Shown: positions 24,326 to 38,403 of the stretch, in pieces
Layout of the letters: every line of letters begins with the position of its first letter
Numbering within the stretch: position 1 is the stretch's first letter
Assembly: GCA_950097015.1 (NCBI GenBank)
Contig: CATNEN010000038.1
Location: 2,108,001-2,172,000, forward strand
Direction of reading: 5' to 3'
From: Macrostomum hystrix
Taxonomy: Eukaryota; Animalia; Platyhelminthes
Length of the DNA stretch: 64,000 nucleotides
Position numbers and translations under genes: made by a program
The notes under the pieces: model-generated
What the model was told of the DNA's origin: nothing
What the model saw: the letters and a program-made list of their open reading frames with translations, nothing else
Database searches by the model: none

Positions 24326-26015
24326 ATCTGAAGGTGAGAGTGGACAATCTGAAGTTAAGAGTGGACAATCTGAAGGTCGGACTGGACAATCTGAAGTTGA
24401 GAGTGGACAATCTAAAGTTAAGAGTGGACAATCTGAAGGTCGGACTGGACAATCTGAAGTTGAGACTGGACAATCTTAAGTTGAGAGTGGACAATCTGAA
24501 GGTGGGACTGGACAATCTGAAGTTGAGACTGGACAATCTGAAGTTGAGACTGGACAATCTGAAGGTGGGACTGGACAATCTGAAGTTGGGACTGGACAAT
24601 CTGAAGGTGGGACTGGACAATCTGAAGGTGGGACTGGACAATCTGAAGTTGAAAGTGGACAATCTGAAGGTGGGACTGGACAATCTGAAGTTGAGACTGG
24701 ACAATCTGAAGGAGGGACTGGACAATCTGAAGTTGAAAGTGGACAATCTGAAGGTGGGACTGGACAATCTGAAGTTGATTGTGGACAATCTGAAGGTGGG
24801 ACTGGACAATCTGAACTTGAGACTGGACAATCTGAAGTTGAGAGTGGACAATCTGAAGGTGGGACTGGACAATCTGAAGTTGAAAGTGAACAATCTGAAG
24901 GTGGGACTGGACAATCTGAAGTTGAGACTGGACAATCTGAAGGTGGGACTGGACAATCTGAAGTTGAAAGTGAACAATCTGAAGTTGAAAGTGGACAATC
25001 TGAAGGTGGGACTGGACAATCTGAAGTTGATTGTGGACAATCTGAAGGTGGGACTGGACAATCTGAAGTTGAGACTGGACAATCTGAAGTTGAGAGTGGA
25101 CAATCTGAAGGTGGGACTGGACAATCTGAAGGTGGGACTGGACAATCTGAAGTTGAAAGTGAACAATCTGAAGGTGGGACTGGACAATCTGAAGTTGAGA
25201 CTGGACAATCTGAAGGTGGGACTGGACAATCTGAAGTTGAAAGTGAACAATCTGAAGGTGGGACTGGACAATCTGAACTTGAGACTGGACAATCTGAAGT
25301 TGAGAGTGGACAATCTGAAGGTGGGACTGGACAATCTGAAGTTGAAAGTGAACAATCTGAAGGTGGGACTGGACAATCTGAAGTTGAGACTGGACAATCT
25401 GAAGGTGGGACTGGACAATCTGAAGTTGAAAGTGAACAATCTGAAGTTGAAAGTGGACAATCTGAAGGTGGGACTGGACAATCTGAAGGTGGGACTGGAC
25501 AATCTGAAGTTGAAAGTGAACAATCTGAAGGTGGGACTGGACAATCTGAAGTTGAGACTGGACAATCTGAAGGTGGGACTGGACAATCTGAAGTTGAAAG
25601 TGAACAATCTGAAGGTGGGACTGGACAATCTGAACTTGAGACTGGACAATCTGAAGTTGAGAGTGGACAATCTGAAGGTGGGACTGGACAATCTGAAGTT
25701 GAAAGTGAACAATCTGAAGGTGGGACTGGACAATCTGAAGTTGAGACTGGACAATCTGAAGGTGGGACTGGACAATCTGAAGTTGAAAGTGAACAATCTG
25801 AAGTTGAAAGTGGACAATCTGAAGGTGGGACTGGATAATCTGAAGTTGATTGTGGACAATCTGAAGGTGGGACTGGACAATCTGAAGTTGAGACTGGACA
25901 ATCTGAAGTTGAGAGTGGACAATCTGAAGGTGGGACTGGACAATCTGAAGTTGAGAGTGGACAATCTGAAGGTGGGACTGGACAATCTGAAGTTGAGACT
26001 GGACAATCTGAAGGT
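24326..26015 (+). repeat. 21-bp minisatellite (about 80 copies) with higher-order variant pattern
   Basis: GGACAATCTGAAGGTGGGACT / ..GTTGAGACT / ..GTTGAAAGT variants. Confidence 0.95.
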
Positions 26016-26647
26016 GAAATCAGACAACATACACTCACTATAAGGTGAGGTGAGTCAGAGTGAAGATTACCATTGACATGTACAGTATGTACAGTATCTG
26101 TATGAATTTCTAATAGAAGGGAAGTATAGGCGCCAACCTGTGGACGTGTTGCCAAATGATGTCAGGTGCAGGTAAATTGCATGTTTGCGCACTAGGCAGG
26201 TTCGTTTCTTTTAGCTGTTAAGCCGATTATAAGTACATAGTGTTATGTACAAATGTGTCACTTCAAACTATGATAGTGGTCTCTCTGTATTGTATATGTA
26301 TATCTTATAGTCAGTAGTAGGCTATCAGCGTTGTATTATTTCTCTGACCCTTTTTTGTACGGCAAATCGGTATAAGCAACTTAACTAACTTGCAAATGCA
26401 GCGATGCATCTTTCCGTCTTGTGTGCTAAGTTTTCGCTTCAGTTTTTACATACTACTTATAGATTGAAACTGAAACTCACGACAAGTAGTATTATTAACA
26501 TTGTTTTGGAAGAATTTAGAAAAGGCATCGAAAAGAACTTTTAATTTATAATTAAAGTCTGCGTCAACTAGAATATCCAAAAAATCTAGTCAGAAAAACA
26601 AGTTGTCGATCAAAAGTACACGCAAAGTAAATATCATGTACTTTTAA

Positions 26648-26870
26648 CAGTAGAAAGAGCACGGGGCGTTTCAAATACCCTCGTTTTTGCCGTATCTCCC
26701 AAAATATTCAAATAATCACCATGAAATTCTATCAGATTTTCATCTGATAGAATTTGGAATTTCACGAAAGTCGGTCATTCGGTTTGGGAGCTGTCGTGAA
26801 GTGGGCAGTGGGTATTTGAAATACCCCCGGGTCTTTCCCCAGGCGGAAAAATAGCACAGTCTTTCTACTG
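26648..26870. mobile_element. piggyBac-like MITE
   Basis: TTAA|CAGTAGAAAGA ... TCTTTCTACTG|CTAA termini, plus an internal inverted pair TTTCAAATACCC / GGGTATTTGAAA. Confidence 0.6.
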
Positions 26871-26891
26871 CTAAAAACGTTTTTAGCTTCA

Positions 26892-29800
26892 TCAGCGACC
26901 AGACTCCAGCCTGTCTGGCAGGGCGAGAACTCCCTTTGGCAGTTCTTCTCCTTCTGAGCACACCTGATTCTCATCATCGTCTTCTGTTTGAAACCCGCCG
27001 CCACCGCCGCCGCCGCCGCCGCCAGCTGAGTTTGGCGCAGAGGCGGTGAACGAGAGCAGGTCGGCTCGGCGTTCATGAAATCCTTTGCCAGCGCCACCGG
27101 ATCCCTTGCGCCTTGGCAGCTGCTGCTGCCTGCCAGAGACCAACAACTGATCTCCAACCTGCTGCAGCTGCTGCTGCTGAGGTGGCGGCGGAGCCAAAAC
27201 TGCGCCCGGGGCATCGGCGGCGTACATGACCGAGGCCTGGTGCAGCACAGCAGCCTGGCGTTGGGCAGTCTGGCGCACGAAGCACTCGTCTTTGACGGCG
27301 TGCAGGCTGCGCTTCAACACGGCGAATTTCTTCTCCCAGGCCTGGTCAGACTTGCGGGCCTCGGCGCGCAGTCGGGTGACCTGCAGTCATTTTGAGATTC
27401 AGTCATTGTGAGATTCAGTCATTGTGAGATTCAGTCATTGTGAGATTCAGTCATTGTGAGATTCAGTCATTGTGAGATTCAGTCATTGTGAGATTCAGTC
27501 ATTGTGAGATTCAGTCATTGTGAGATTCAGTCATTGTGAGATTCAGTCATTGTGAGATTCAGTCATTGTGAGATTCAGTCATTGTGAGATTCAGTCATTG
27601 TGAGATTCAGTCATTGTGAGATTCAGTCATTGGGAGATTCAGTCATTGGGAGATTCAGTCATTGTGAGATTCAGTCATTGTGAGATTCAGTCATTGTGAG
27701 ATTCAATCATTGTGAGATTCAGTCATTGTGAGATTCAGTCATTGTGAGATTCAGTCATTGTGAGATTCAGTCATTGTGAGATTCAGTCATTGTGAGATTC
27801 AGTCATTTTGAGATTCAGTCATTGTGAGATTCAGTCATTGTGAGATTCAGTCATTGTGAGATTCAGTCATTGTGAGATTCAGTCATTGTGAGATTCAGTC
27901 ATTGTGAGATTCAGTCATTGTGAGATTCAGTCATTTTGAGATTCAGTCATTGTGAGATTCAGTCATTGTGAGATTCAGTCATTGTGAGATTCAGTCATTG
28001 TGAGATTCAGTCATTGTGAGATTCAGTCATTGTGAGATTCAGTCATTGTGAGATTCAGTCATTGTGAGATTCAGTCATTGTGAGATTCAGTCATTGTGAG
28101 ATTCAGTCATTGGGAGATTCAGTCATTGGGAGATTCAGTCATTGGGAGATTCAGTCATTGTGAGATTCAGTCATTGTGAGATTCAGTCATTGTGAGATTC
28201 AATCATTGTGAGATTCAGTCATTGTGAGATTCAGTCATTGTGAGATTCAGTCATTGTGAGATTCAGTCATTGTGAGATTCAGTCATTGTGAGATTCAGTC
28301 ATTGTGAGATTCAGTCATTGTGAGATTCAGTCATTGTGAGATTCAGTCATTGGGAGATTCAGTCATTGTGAGATTCAGTCATTGTGAGATTCAGTCATTG
28401 TGAGATTCAGTCATTGTGAGATTCAGTCATTGTGAGATTCAATCATTGTGAGATTCAGTCATTGTGAGATTCAGTCATTGTGAGATTCAGTCATTGTGAG
28501 ATTCAGTCATTGTGAGATTCAGTCATTGTGAGATTCAGTCATTGTGAGATTCAGTCATTGTGAGATTCAGTCATTGGGAGATTCAGTCATTGTGAGATTC
28601 AGTCATTGTGAGATTGTCAACCAACCTGCCGCCGCAGCTCTTCCTCGCCACGTCGAAGCTTGTCGACGTCCTTCAGCTGCGCCATCCGCTCGGCGTTGGT
28701 TCGTCTTTCACTCTCGAGCGCCTCCTCAACGTCGGCCAGAGCTCGCCGAACCGCCGCCAGCCTCTCGTCGTCTGCCAGACGCTGCCGTTCGGCGGCGGCC
28801 GAGGCTTCGGCCAGTGCGGCTGCGCGCGCTTCCGCGGCCGCCTCTGCGGCGGCTTCGGCGGCGCCAGCACCGGCGCGGCGGCGCTCGGCCTCCAGCTGCT
28901 CCGTGGCCGCCGCCCAGGCCTCCGTCTTGGTGTCGAGGGCGGCCTGGAGCCTCTCGGCTTCTTCCCGATATTTGGCTGCGTCCTCAAGGGCTGCAGTCTG
29001 GCACGTGGCGTGCAGGCATTGGGTCATTTGGTCAGAAATCTTTGATGGCTAATAACATATTATGATTTGAAGAGGCCTGTGGGGACTGACAGGACAGCTC
29101 CGACGAACCCCGAGCACACAGATACTGTACGCAGGAAGGCATTCACACGGATGTGTACATCTGCTATGACTCTCTCATGATCAGATAGTGTACCTTAGTT
29201 CGAGACCAAGCTAAACTCTCCTATTATACTTGGATGTTTGTCCGATTCTTTATTAATTAATAATTGCAGGAGGGCTGCGGGCAATGGCTCATCATTTAGT
29301 GACACTAGACTTGGCAGCCAGCGAGGAGGCAATTGTGCCCATTCCGCTGACTGCTGAGCACACACGCACCCAGATACCGTACGCAGGCTGTGTACATCTG
29401 CCCTGACTTTTTCATCGCCAGGCAGTGTGCACTTCACTGTGCCTTAGAGGTTGGCCCTCAAGGACGTTAATTGCACGACAAGCCCTCAAGCCTTCTCTCT
29501 GTGGCTGCACCGCAAATAAATGTGGCCTCGCCACGGAATCCAGCTCAGGGACCTTGGTGCGAGAGGCAAATGCGTTAGACCGCTCTGCCAGCGAGCGAAG
29601 ACACTGCGTACCCCTGAGCTTACAAACCAATATGCAATCGACCCCACTGACCTTCTCGGCAGTCAGCTGATCAGCCAGCGCGTCAGCCTTGGCCAGCTCC
29701 GACTCCAGCTTGCGAGCCCGTCGCTCTAGCTCCTCGACGTCGACTTTTGGAGTCTTCGGCTGCGCGACCGGCTGGGCCTTCGGCAGCTGCAGCATTATCT

Positions 29801-31389
29801 GCTGCTGATGCTGCAGCTCGGCTGACTGGGCCTGCTGGCGCTGCGCTGCGTCTGCCAGCTCGGAGTCCGCCGTTGCTAGGGCCTCGTTTAGCCTAGCAAC
29901 CTCGGTCTGCAGGTCGCTGACAAGGCCTTCGAGTTCTAGAATTCGATTGCGCAGTTTTCTAACGGCCGCGGGATTCAACGACTGCTCCTGCGGCTGCTGC
30001 TGCTGCTGCTGCTGCTGTTGTTGTCGTTTACCAAAGCCTGAATCGTACATTCTGTGCACCTTGAAATCAAAATGGAAATTTTAAACTTGCTTGTTAAAGA
30101 TATAACTCTTATTGTTAGACAGGAAAGTGTTTTTGTCAGATAGATTTTTTTGCATGGGCCAAATTTTGAGCTTCTTTAACAGATATAATATACTCATAAT
30201 TAGCATCAAATCTGCTTGTGAGCTCACACATCCTCATTTTTACAAACCAAACTCGGTGATAGAAAACGAAGCTCGACGCCTAAATGCGCTCAAACAATTA
30301 CGACTGGTAGATATTGTCGCAGCTAGTAAATTTATTGAGCAAACTGGGTGACCATGTGCTCACCTTTTCACACCTAAAGATTTGCCAGATTGGCCAGCAG
30401 CAAGAGCAGCCGTCATGACCAACAGTGGCGACATTCATAGCTGTTAGCTTTGAATGCTGCTAGCTGTTAAACTACTGCTTAATTCATAGCCTACGACTCC
30501 TAGAAGTTAGAGTTCAGAGTCCGCATAGTCTACTATAGGCCTGCTAAATTGTAAATTGCAGCTTGTATGAACTTGCTGAATGTCCAGTTGAATCTGACCT
30601 TGATGACAGCCTCGTCCATCTCCGCCCGGTGGGCAAGTCTGGCCCTGTCCAATTGGCGCACGTACGACCTCTCAAGCCGATGAATCTGCTCGTTCATGTG
30701 CGCCTGGAGGCTGACCGCCCTGCCGCGAATTTCCTCTTCTAGTTGGGCCTGCAAAACTCGTGGTTAAATTGATCGAGTTGAGATTAGTACAAAGGACTGG
30801 TTTCATGACGCAACGGAAGTCTAGTGATTACTAATTTGCCCAGGCTAAATATTATTTTTTAGATTGTTAGATCAATGATTAGAACAAGACACATCCAAGC
30901 CTAACAGAAAGGATTGCTTCAAACAGCAGAAATGAGCATGATCCTAATGAGACGCACCTGGAGGTAGCCGCTAGTGAGGCCGAACTCTCGCTTGAGCTCG
31001 ACTGCTCGCGTCCTCAGGGCCAGCAGCGAGGCTGTCAGCTCCGCCAAAGGTCGAATCTCGCTGACGTCTGTGTTTGTGGCCCGGTCTCCGCTGTGTTTGC
31101 CGATCTTCAGCTGGTCGGAGATCGCCGGCGGACGGAAGTCATCCTCGTCGGACTCGGAGTTCGAATCTTCTTTTTGGGCGGTGGTTTCGAGAGCTCCATT
31201 TGCTTCTATTGGCTCGACTCCTTCTTCTTCCAGGCCGTCTTCAATATCTTGATGTTGCTGAGCTTCTGTGTCGGCTTCGGCTTCCAGTTCAGCCTCAACC
31301 TCGGTCTCGTCGGCCTCAGCGATGGCGTCCGGGATGTGAGGGGCAGCGCCTTTGTTGTTGGCCGCCACAATGTCGATCGGATCGGGCAT
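26892..31389 (-). CDS. C10orf67-like (DUF4709/DUF4724) coiled-coil protein; exons 31389-30958, 30748-30599, 30059-29652, 28997-28626, 27380-26892 (about 616 aa)
   Basis: Five exons join in frame through phase-0 GT-AG introns. FRPPAISDQLKIG..SGDRATNTDVSEI and WEKKFAVLKRSLHAVKDECFVRQ..RQAAVLH resemble C10orf67 conserved blocks (from recall). Confidence 0.75.
27384..28616 (+). repeat. 16-bp minisatellite (about 77 copies) making up almost a whole intron
   Basis: ATTCAGTCATTGTGAG tandem copies. Confidence 0.97.
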
Positions 31390-33329
31390 GACTGCAATGC
31401 TGCTGAAATTTTATTAAGGAGAGGTTTACAAAAAACACGTGAGTTTTTTAATGGATTCTAGATTACATACACTCTTTACAATATTTCTTGAGACTCAATA
31501 GCTACAATTTTCTAGATTATTTTATAATCTAGAAATATATGTAGGTAACCGTAATTTCACAATGTGCTAATGTGCATTAGATATGCTACGAAGTTTCTTT
31601 AATCTAGATTTAGTAAATTTAATACCTTTAAATAAAATATATGTAAAAAAGTTATATTTATTAAAATTTATTTTTGTTTATATTCTTTCTAAGGAGGCCA
31701 ACAGCTGGTAACCAAAGTCTAATAAAATTATGAATCTAAAATATCATATATAAGAGCATAATACTATAATTTTATAGATTATCCATTTTTACACACATTC
31801 TGCACTAGCCTCTCTGATGGAGTAATTTGATTAAAGAAGCCTAAACTGAAAAGCTGAATCCAAATTTTTAATTCAAGTATATTTTCCATGAGTTTTGCAT
31901 CTCTAGTATTTTATTCTATGCTGACTCTGTCAAACAAACCTTGCGACAAAATATGTCTCGTGTGATTTTTGGAAAAAAATATATTTTAGGAGGTTGTAAT
32001 CCTGCCATATTTTTATGCACATGATTAAAAATACAATTTTCTATTTGTTCATAGTTATCTTATTGTTTTACTTCTCTTAGTAGTTAGATTAGATATGAAT
32101 TATACATAGATGGCAATGTTTAAAATGTTATCGTCTATAGCTAATACAAGTACAGCTGGTGAATCCATATCAGTAATAAATAATCTGTACTTGTACTATG
32201 TTTCTGTATAAAATCAATTAAACTTCTTATAATTTTATACCTGATGACTTAACTTGTTACGGGAATTTTAATGAACTGCCATACGAAGGCAAAATAATAC
32301 ATATCCTATACATACAGACCATAAATTAAAAAAAGAAATCAAAACATACGACTCAAATATATTATGTTCCTACTGTCAACAAAGTTTAACAAATGGTTCA
32401 ATTTTTTTAAACTGATTAGTTACCTAATTTACTAATAGTTGCAAATCATTATACAAAATGCAAAATAATGCTGTCGTAAATTAATAAATTAATAAATAAA
32501 TATGTCTTCCTTTTTTAATAAACAATAAATATATAAAAACAGCCATTAAATTTACTAAAAAATTATCGTAAAAAACTTGACATCTTGGCTTAAGCAAAAG
32601 CAGAGGCTTAACAACCTTCGTAAAATCACTATTGAGAAATTCGTTTCACTTTTTGAATACCAAATATCACAACAGCGAGGAATCTTAACTGATACTCTTA
32701 CATTGCACATGTACTACATTTATAGTATTTATAGTATAGTATTTATAGTATTTATAGCACATTTATAGTATACAGATGTAAATAAGTTGTGCTTTTTTCA
32801 AACATGCTTTAGCTCAGCTCAACTGTTATTAAGTGGACATGCCACTTTCGAAGGGAAGCAAAAACCGCTTGTACATGCAGCAATCAACTTAAGATGATGC
32901 ACATGCGCGGGGCTAGTAGCTGCGAGGTAGACTAAGAATTGGAGGAAAAATCAATACGTTGATTAGATTCTTCTCTATGTGAGCTTTTGCAGTAGGCCGG
33001 CTAATATATTTGGATCGTTTCACTTGATGCGGCAAATTACATATAATTGCCGGTTCTGAGTGTTGCAGCGTACAGTTAGAAGTACGGAGTAAGGAACGCC
33101 TAGAAAAATTTGGAAGTACATTTCGAATATATCGAGAAGTTACAGCACTGTATCACATGCACTGTCAACTCAATCCCACGGCCCAGTTGCTCTCCACGAG
33201 TTCTTCAGGCCGTCCGCACCCGGACTATAGTAATGCAACTGAAGGGAAATGCATAAAAACAAAATTAGATACTCACAAACTTGATGCATGAAGCCAACGA
33301 GACAGGATTTTGCAATCGCGATAATAGAA

Positions 33330-33660
33330 GGGCTGCAATCACAGTCAAAGACAGGCTGCAATCACAGTCAAAGAAAGGCTGCAATCACAGTCAAAGATAG
33401 GCTGCAATCACAGTCAAAGACAGGCTGCAATCACAGTCAAAGACAGGCTGCAATCACAGTCATAGACAGGCTGCAATCACAGTCAAAGACAGGCTGCAAT
33501 CACAGTCAAAGATAGGCTGCAATCACAGTCAAAGACAGGCTGCAATCACAGTCAAAGAAAGGCTGCAATCACAGTCAAAGACAGGCTGCAATCACAGTCA
33601 AAGATAGGCTGCAATCACAGTCAAAGACAGGCTGCAATCACAGTCAAAGAAAGGCTGCAA
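33330..33660 (+). repeat. 23-bp minisatellite (about 14 copies)
   Basis: CAGGCTGCAATCACAGTCAAAGA. Confidence 0.95.
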
Positions 33661-34368
33661 GAAATATTTTCCTGCGTCTTTAAAAGTGCGTTTCAGCGGC
33701 AGCGTCAACACGGGTAACTGAAAGAAAAACAGAAAACAAAGATAACGATGGGCTTGAAGCAACCAAAAGTGCTCATTTATTGACTAGATGTCGACTGTGA
33801 AGCTGTGGTTGCTTGCACTATTCTAAGGCAGCTGTATGGTCCCTCATCTGCGCGCGACCACTTGGCGGAACACAAATCAAGGGGGTTGAGTGGCAGAGAA
33901 AGAGAGAACTAGTTAGAGGATTTCGCTGAAGGAAGGGGATGTTTCGTGCGCATTTGCTTATGTAGAATCCCCGAGGCCATAGATAGGTTTGTGTGGGCAG
34001 TCAGGTGTGGCCCTGGTTGCCGGGGTAAGTCAAGTCAGACAGCTCCATCACGGACTAGCTGTCAGAAGGAGAGTCCGAATACTAATGGCGTATATCCCTG
34101 GGACAGCAGTTCGCATCTGCTGGTGTTTTTTCCTTCTTCTCGGTCTATTTCGTCTGTCTCATTTCGAATTCACGAATGGAAAAGGAAAAAGACTTGATAG
34201 TGGTTGGGACAGAGTTTTATGGCATATCCCTTGCGTGCTGCGGAGGCAACTGACTTGCTTTGAACTCCACCCAGAAAGTGCATGCTAAACCACTGCTTTC
34301 TGATTGTTTAGGTGGGCGCACAATAACTAAAAACTTTTTTTTCTAACACCTGCCTTAGACGTAAATGT

Positions 34369-34632
34369 ACCTGTCCAACAGGTAAAAGCACAAGTCCAAC
34401 AGGTAAAAGCACAAGTCCAACAGGTAAAAACACAAGTCCAACAGGTAAAAGCATCTGTCCAACAGGTTGAAGCACCTGTCTAACAGGTTGAAGCACCTCT
34501 CTAACAGGTTGAAGCACCTGTCTAACAGGTTGAAGCACCTGTCTAACAGGTTGAAGCACCTGTCTAACAGGTTGAAGCACCTGTCTAACAGGTTGAAGCA
34601 CCTGTCTAATAGGTTGAAGCACCTGTCTAACA
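34369..34632 (+). repeat. 21-bp minisatellite with an internal palindrome
   Basis: ACCTGTCTAACAGGTTGAAGC (ACCTG..CAGGT inverted), about 12 copies. Confidence 0.92.
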
Positions 34633-35319
34633 TTTCATGCTCAGTACATCATGTACATATAGAATCTTCCACTTCTGCACTAAGCTTCGTCACGAATTCC
34701 CCCAAGGTCAAAGGTCAGTTTTTTATTTCCTTGGTCTTGTCTAACTTAACTTATAAAATTTCGCCGTTTTCCGCACTTTCAGGTTGAATTTGTCCCGGAG
34801 ATTGGAGGGCCTTGGTGCACGCGAAACCGACCCCACTTCCTTTCTTTGTTGGACAGCCGGCCGGCGAAAGTGTGGGCGTTTTGAGCAGCGTGACAGTTGC
34901 TAGTAGAGTGTCTGTTCATATTTTATTCCTATTTTTTTCTGTATCCCTTCTGAGAAAGTGTTCTATTCTTTCTCTCTGGGCTCACGAGATCGTGTCATTC
35001 AGTCTGCAGTCAAGCGAAACAGAAAGGAAAATAATTCAGGCGATTAAAAGATTAGGAATGCTCAGCAGTTAGTGCACTAATTTTGCAGGCATATACGAGT
35101 ACTTCTAAGGTTTGAAGTAGCGGTTTGAGAACGGCGAGTTGAAAGTTAAAAATTAAATACCATTTCGTGAGTAAACAGCAAGTAAAGTCTGAGTAAGAAA
35201 TGATGGCAAAAGTTTGAGATTTCTGTTTGAGACTTGGTTAGCGATTGAGATTGTGGCTGGGAGACTCTTAGACAACGGGTAATAACGGGGAGTGTCAGAT
35301 GGAGATTGTGAGAGACAGA

Positions 35320-36489
35320 ATGTGAGAGGGAGGGTGTGAAAGGGGGAGTGTGAGAGGGAGAGCATGAGAGGGAGAGTGTGAGAGAGAGAGTTTGAGAGGG
35401 AGAGCATGAGAGGGAGAGTGTGAGAGAGAGAGTTTGAGAGGGAGAGCATGAGAGGGAGAGCATGAGAGAGAGAGTGTGAGAGGGAGAGTGTGAGAGGGAG
35501 AGTGTGAGAGGGAGAATATGAGAGGGAGAGTTTGAGAGGGAGAGCATGAGAGGGAGAGCATGAGAGGGAGAGTGTGAGAGGGAGAGTGTGAGAGGGAGAG
35601 TGTGAGAGGGAGAATGTGAGGGAGAGTTTGAGAGGGAGAGCATGAGAGAGAGAGTGTGAGAGGGAGAGTGTGAGAGGGAGAGTGTGAGAGGGAGAATATG
35701 AGAGGGAGAGTTTGAGAGGGAGAGCATGAGAGGGAGAGCATGAGAGGGAGAGTGTGAGAGGGAGAGTGTGAGAGGGAGAGTGTGAGAGGGAGAATGTGAG
35801 GGAGAGTTTGAGAGGGAGAGCATGAGAGGGAGAGTGTGAGAGGGAGAGTGTGAGAGGGAGAGGGTGAGAGGGAGGGTGTGAAAGGGGGAGTGTGAGAGGG
35901 AGAATATGAGAGGGAGAGTTTGAGAGGGAGAGCATGAGAGGGAGAGTGTGAGAGGGAGAGTGTGAGAGGGAGAGTGTGAGAGGGAGAGTGTGAGAGGGAG
36001 AGGGTGAGAGGGAGGGTGTGAAAGGGGGAGTGTGAGAGGGAGAATATGAGAGGGAGAGTTTGAGAGGGAGAGCATGAGAGGGAGAGCATGAGAGGGAGAG
36101 TGTGAGAGGGAGAGTGTGAGAGGGAGAGTGTGAGAGGGAGAATGTGAGGGAGAGTTTGAGAGGGAGAGCATGAGAGGGAGAGTGTGAGAGGGAGAGTGTG
36201 AGAGGGAGAGGGTGAGAGGGAGGGTGTGAAAGGGGGAGTGTGAGAGGGAGAATATGAGAGGGAGAGTTTGAGAGGGAGAGCATGAGAGGGAGAGTGTGAG
36301 AGGGAGAGTGTGAGAGGGAGAGTGTGAGAGGGAGAGTGTGAGAGGGAGAGGGTGAGAGGGAGGGTGTGAAAGGGGGAGTGTGAGAGGGAGAATATGAGAG
36401 GGAGAGTTTGAGAGGGAGAGCATGAGAGGGAGAGTGTGAGAGGGAGAGTGTGAGAGGGAGAGTGTGAGAGGGAGAGTGTGAGAGGGAGA
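35320..36489 (+). repeat. Purine-rich 14-bp repeat
   Basis: TGAGAGGGAGAGTG and variants with higher-order blocks. Confidence 0.95.
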
Positions 36490-36725
36490 TTAACTAACTA
36501 AGGTTCGGTGTGAGCTTAGATATGCGTGTGCCCGAGTGAGACATTTGAAATATGCTCAAATGAAGGATGAGCACACTAGCAGCTGAACTATACTCGGATG
36601 GCATGCTTACCAGCCCGTATCAGGTCCCTACAGGTCATTATTTATGATTAACTACCTGCCTATCGCGTGTATAAGTCTTAAATTAACAGTAGCAAATTGC
36701 TCTAGCACAGCAACAGTGACCACCC

Positions 36726-37870
36726 AGTTTCACTCTCCTAATTTCACTCCCGTAGTTTTACTACCCTAGTTTCACTCCTCTAGTTTCACTCCGCTAGTTC
36801 CACTCGCCTAGTTTCACTCCCCTAGTTTCACTCCCCTAGTTCCACTCGCCTAGTTTCACTCCCCTAGTTCCACTCGCCTAGTTTCACTCCCCTAGTTTCA
36901 CTCCACTAGTTCCACTCCCCTAGTTCCACTCGCCTAGTTTCACTCCCCTAGTTTCACTCCTCTAGTTTCACTCCCCTAGTTTCACTCCCCTAGTTTCACT
37001 CCCCTAGTTTCACTCCTCTAGTTTCACTCCCCTAGTTTCACTCCCCTAGTTTCACTCTCCTAGTTTCACTCCCCTAGTTTCACACCCCTAGTTTCACTCC
37101 CCTAGTTTCACTCCTCTAGTTTCACTCCCCTAGTTTCACTCCCCTAGTTTCACTCCCCTAGTTCCACTCGCCTAGTTTCACTCCCCTAGTTTCACTCCCC
37201 TAGTTTCACTCCTCTAGTTTCACTCCCCTAGTTTCACTCCTCTAGTTTCACTCCCCTAGTTTCACTCCCCTAGTTTCACTCTCCTAGTTCCACTCGCCTA
37301 GTTTCACACCCCTAGTTTCACTCGCCTAGTTTCACTCTCCTAGTTTCACTCCCCTAGTTTCACTCCCCTAGTTTCACTCCCCTAGTTTCACTCCCCTAGT
37401 TTCACTCTCCTAGTTTCACTCCCCTAGTTTCACTCCCCTAGTTTCACTCCCCTAGTTTCACTCCCCTAGTTTCACTCCCCTAGTTTCACTCCCCTAGTTC
37501 CACTCGCCTAGTTTCACTCCCCTAGTTTCACTCCCCTAGTTTCACTCCCCTAGTTTCACTCCCCTAGTTTCACTCTCCTAGTTTCACTCCCCTAGTTTCA
37601 CTCCCCTAGTTTCACTCCCCTAGTTTCACTCCCCTAGTTTCACTCCCCTAGTTTCACTCCCCTAGTTTCACTCCCCTAGTTCCACTCGCCTAGTTTCACT
37701 CCCCTAGTTTCACTCCCCTAGTTTCACTCCCCTAGTTTCACTCTATTAATTTCACTCCTCTAGTTTCACTCCCCTAGTTTCACTCTCCTTATTTTAGTTC
37801 CCTAATTTCACTTCCCTAATTTAACTCCCAAATTTAACTCCCTAGTTTCACTCTCCTAGTTTCACTCCCA
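36726..37870 (+). repeat. Pyrimidine-rich 15-bp repeat
   Basis: TAGTTTCACTCCCC(C) tandem copies. Confidence 0.95.
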
Positions 37871-38403
37871 TAATTTCGCTCTCCTAATTTTTCTCTTTTA
37901 ATTTCAGGCGCCCTTGTCATAGCCTTATATCCAGAGCAATACCTGCGTATAGAAATCATTAGGAACTCTTGTCTGAGCACTGGTCTTCGCTAGTCTAATC
38001 CTCATCGATTGACCGTCAAATCAAGTCATTTCTCGCATGCTGTCAATTTTTAGCTTCCGATTTGCTCCACCCTCTCTGCATTGCAGGAAATTTGCTTGAC
38101 TTTCAGAATATGCCGCGTCCGTCGACTAATCACCGAAGCCTTGTCTTTGCCACTCTCACTCACTCACTCGTCAATTCAACCCAAACGACCTGCGCGAATA
38201 GGGCAATGGAAGATTTTGCCGAAAACTGGTAAAAAGGGAGCTCTGGACGGTGAGAGAGCGTGCGGACTCGCCCGTGTGGAGTCGGCGGTGCAGCGGCTGC
38301 TGATTGGCTGCCTCGCCCCCAACCCGCCTCCGCGAACTCTCCTGGCGGCCAGGTTTGCACGGGGCAATTTCTGTATGGCAGGAGGGAGGCGCGAGAGGCA
38401 AAA

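Noticed and set aside
24303-26155. 575-aa and 559-aa minus-strand ORFs
   Set aside because: Artefacts of the 21-bp repeat.
35146-36423. Long Ser/Leu/His/Pro ORFs
   Set aside because: They are translations of a stop-free CT-rich repeat strand, open in all three frames.
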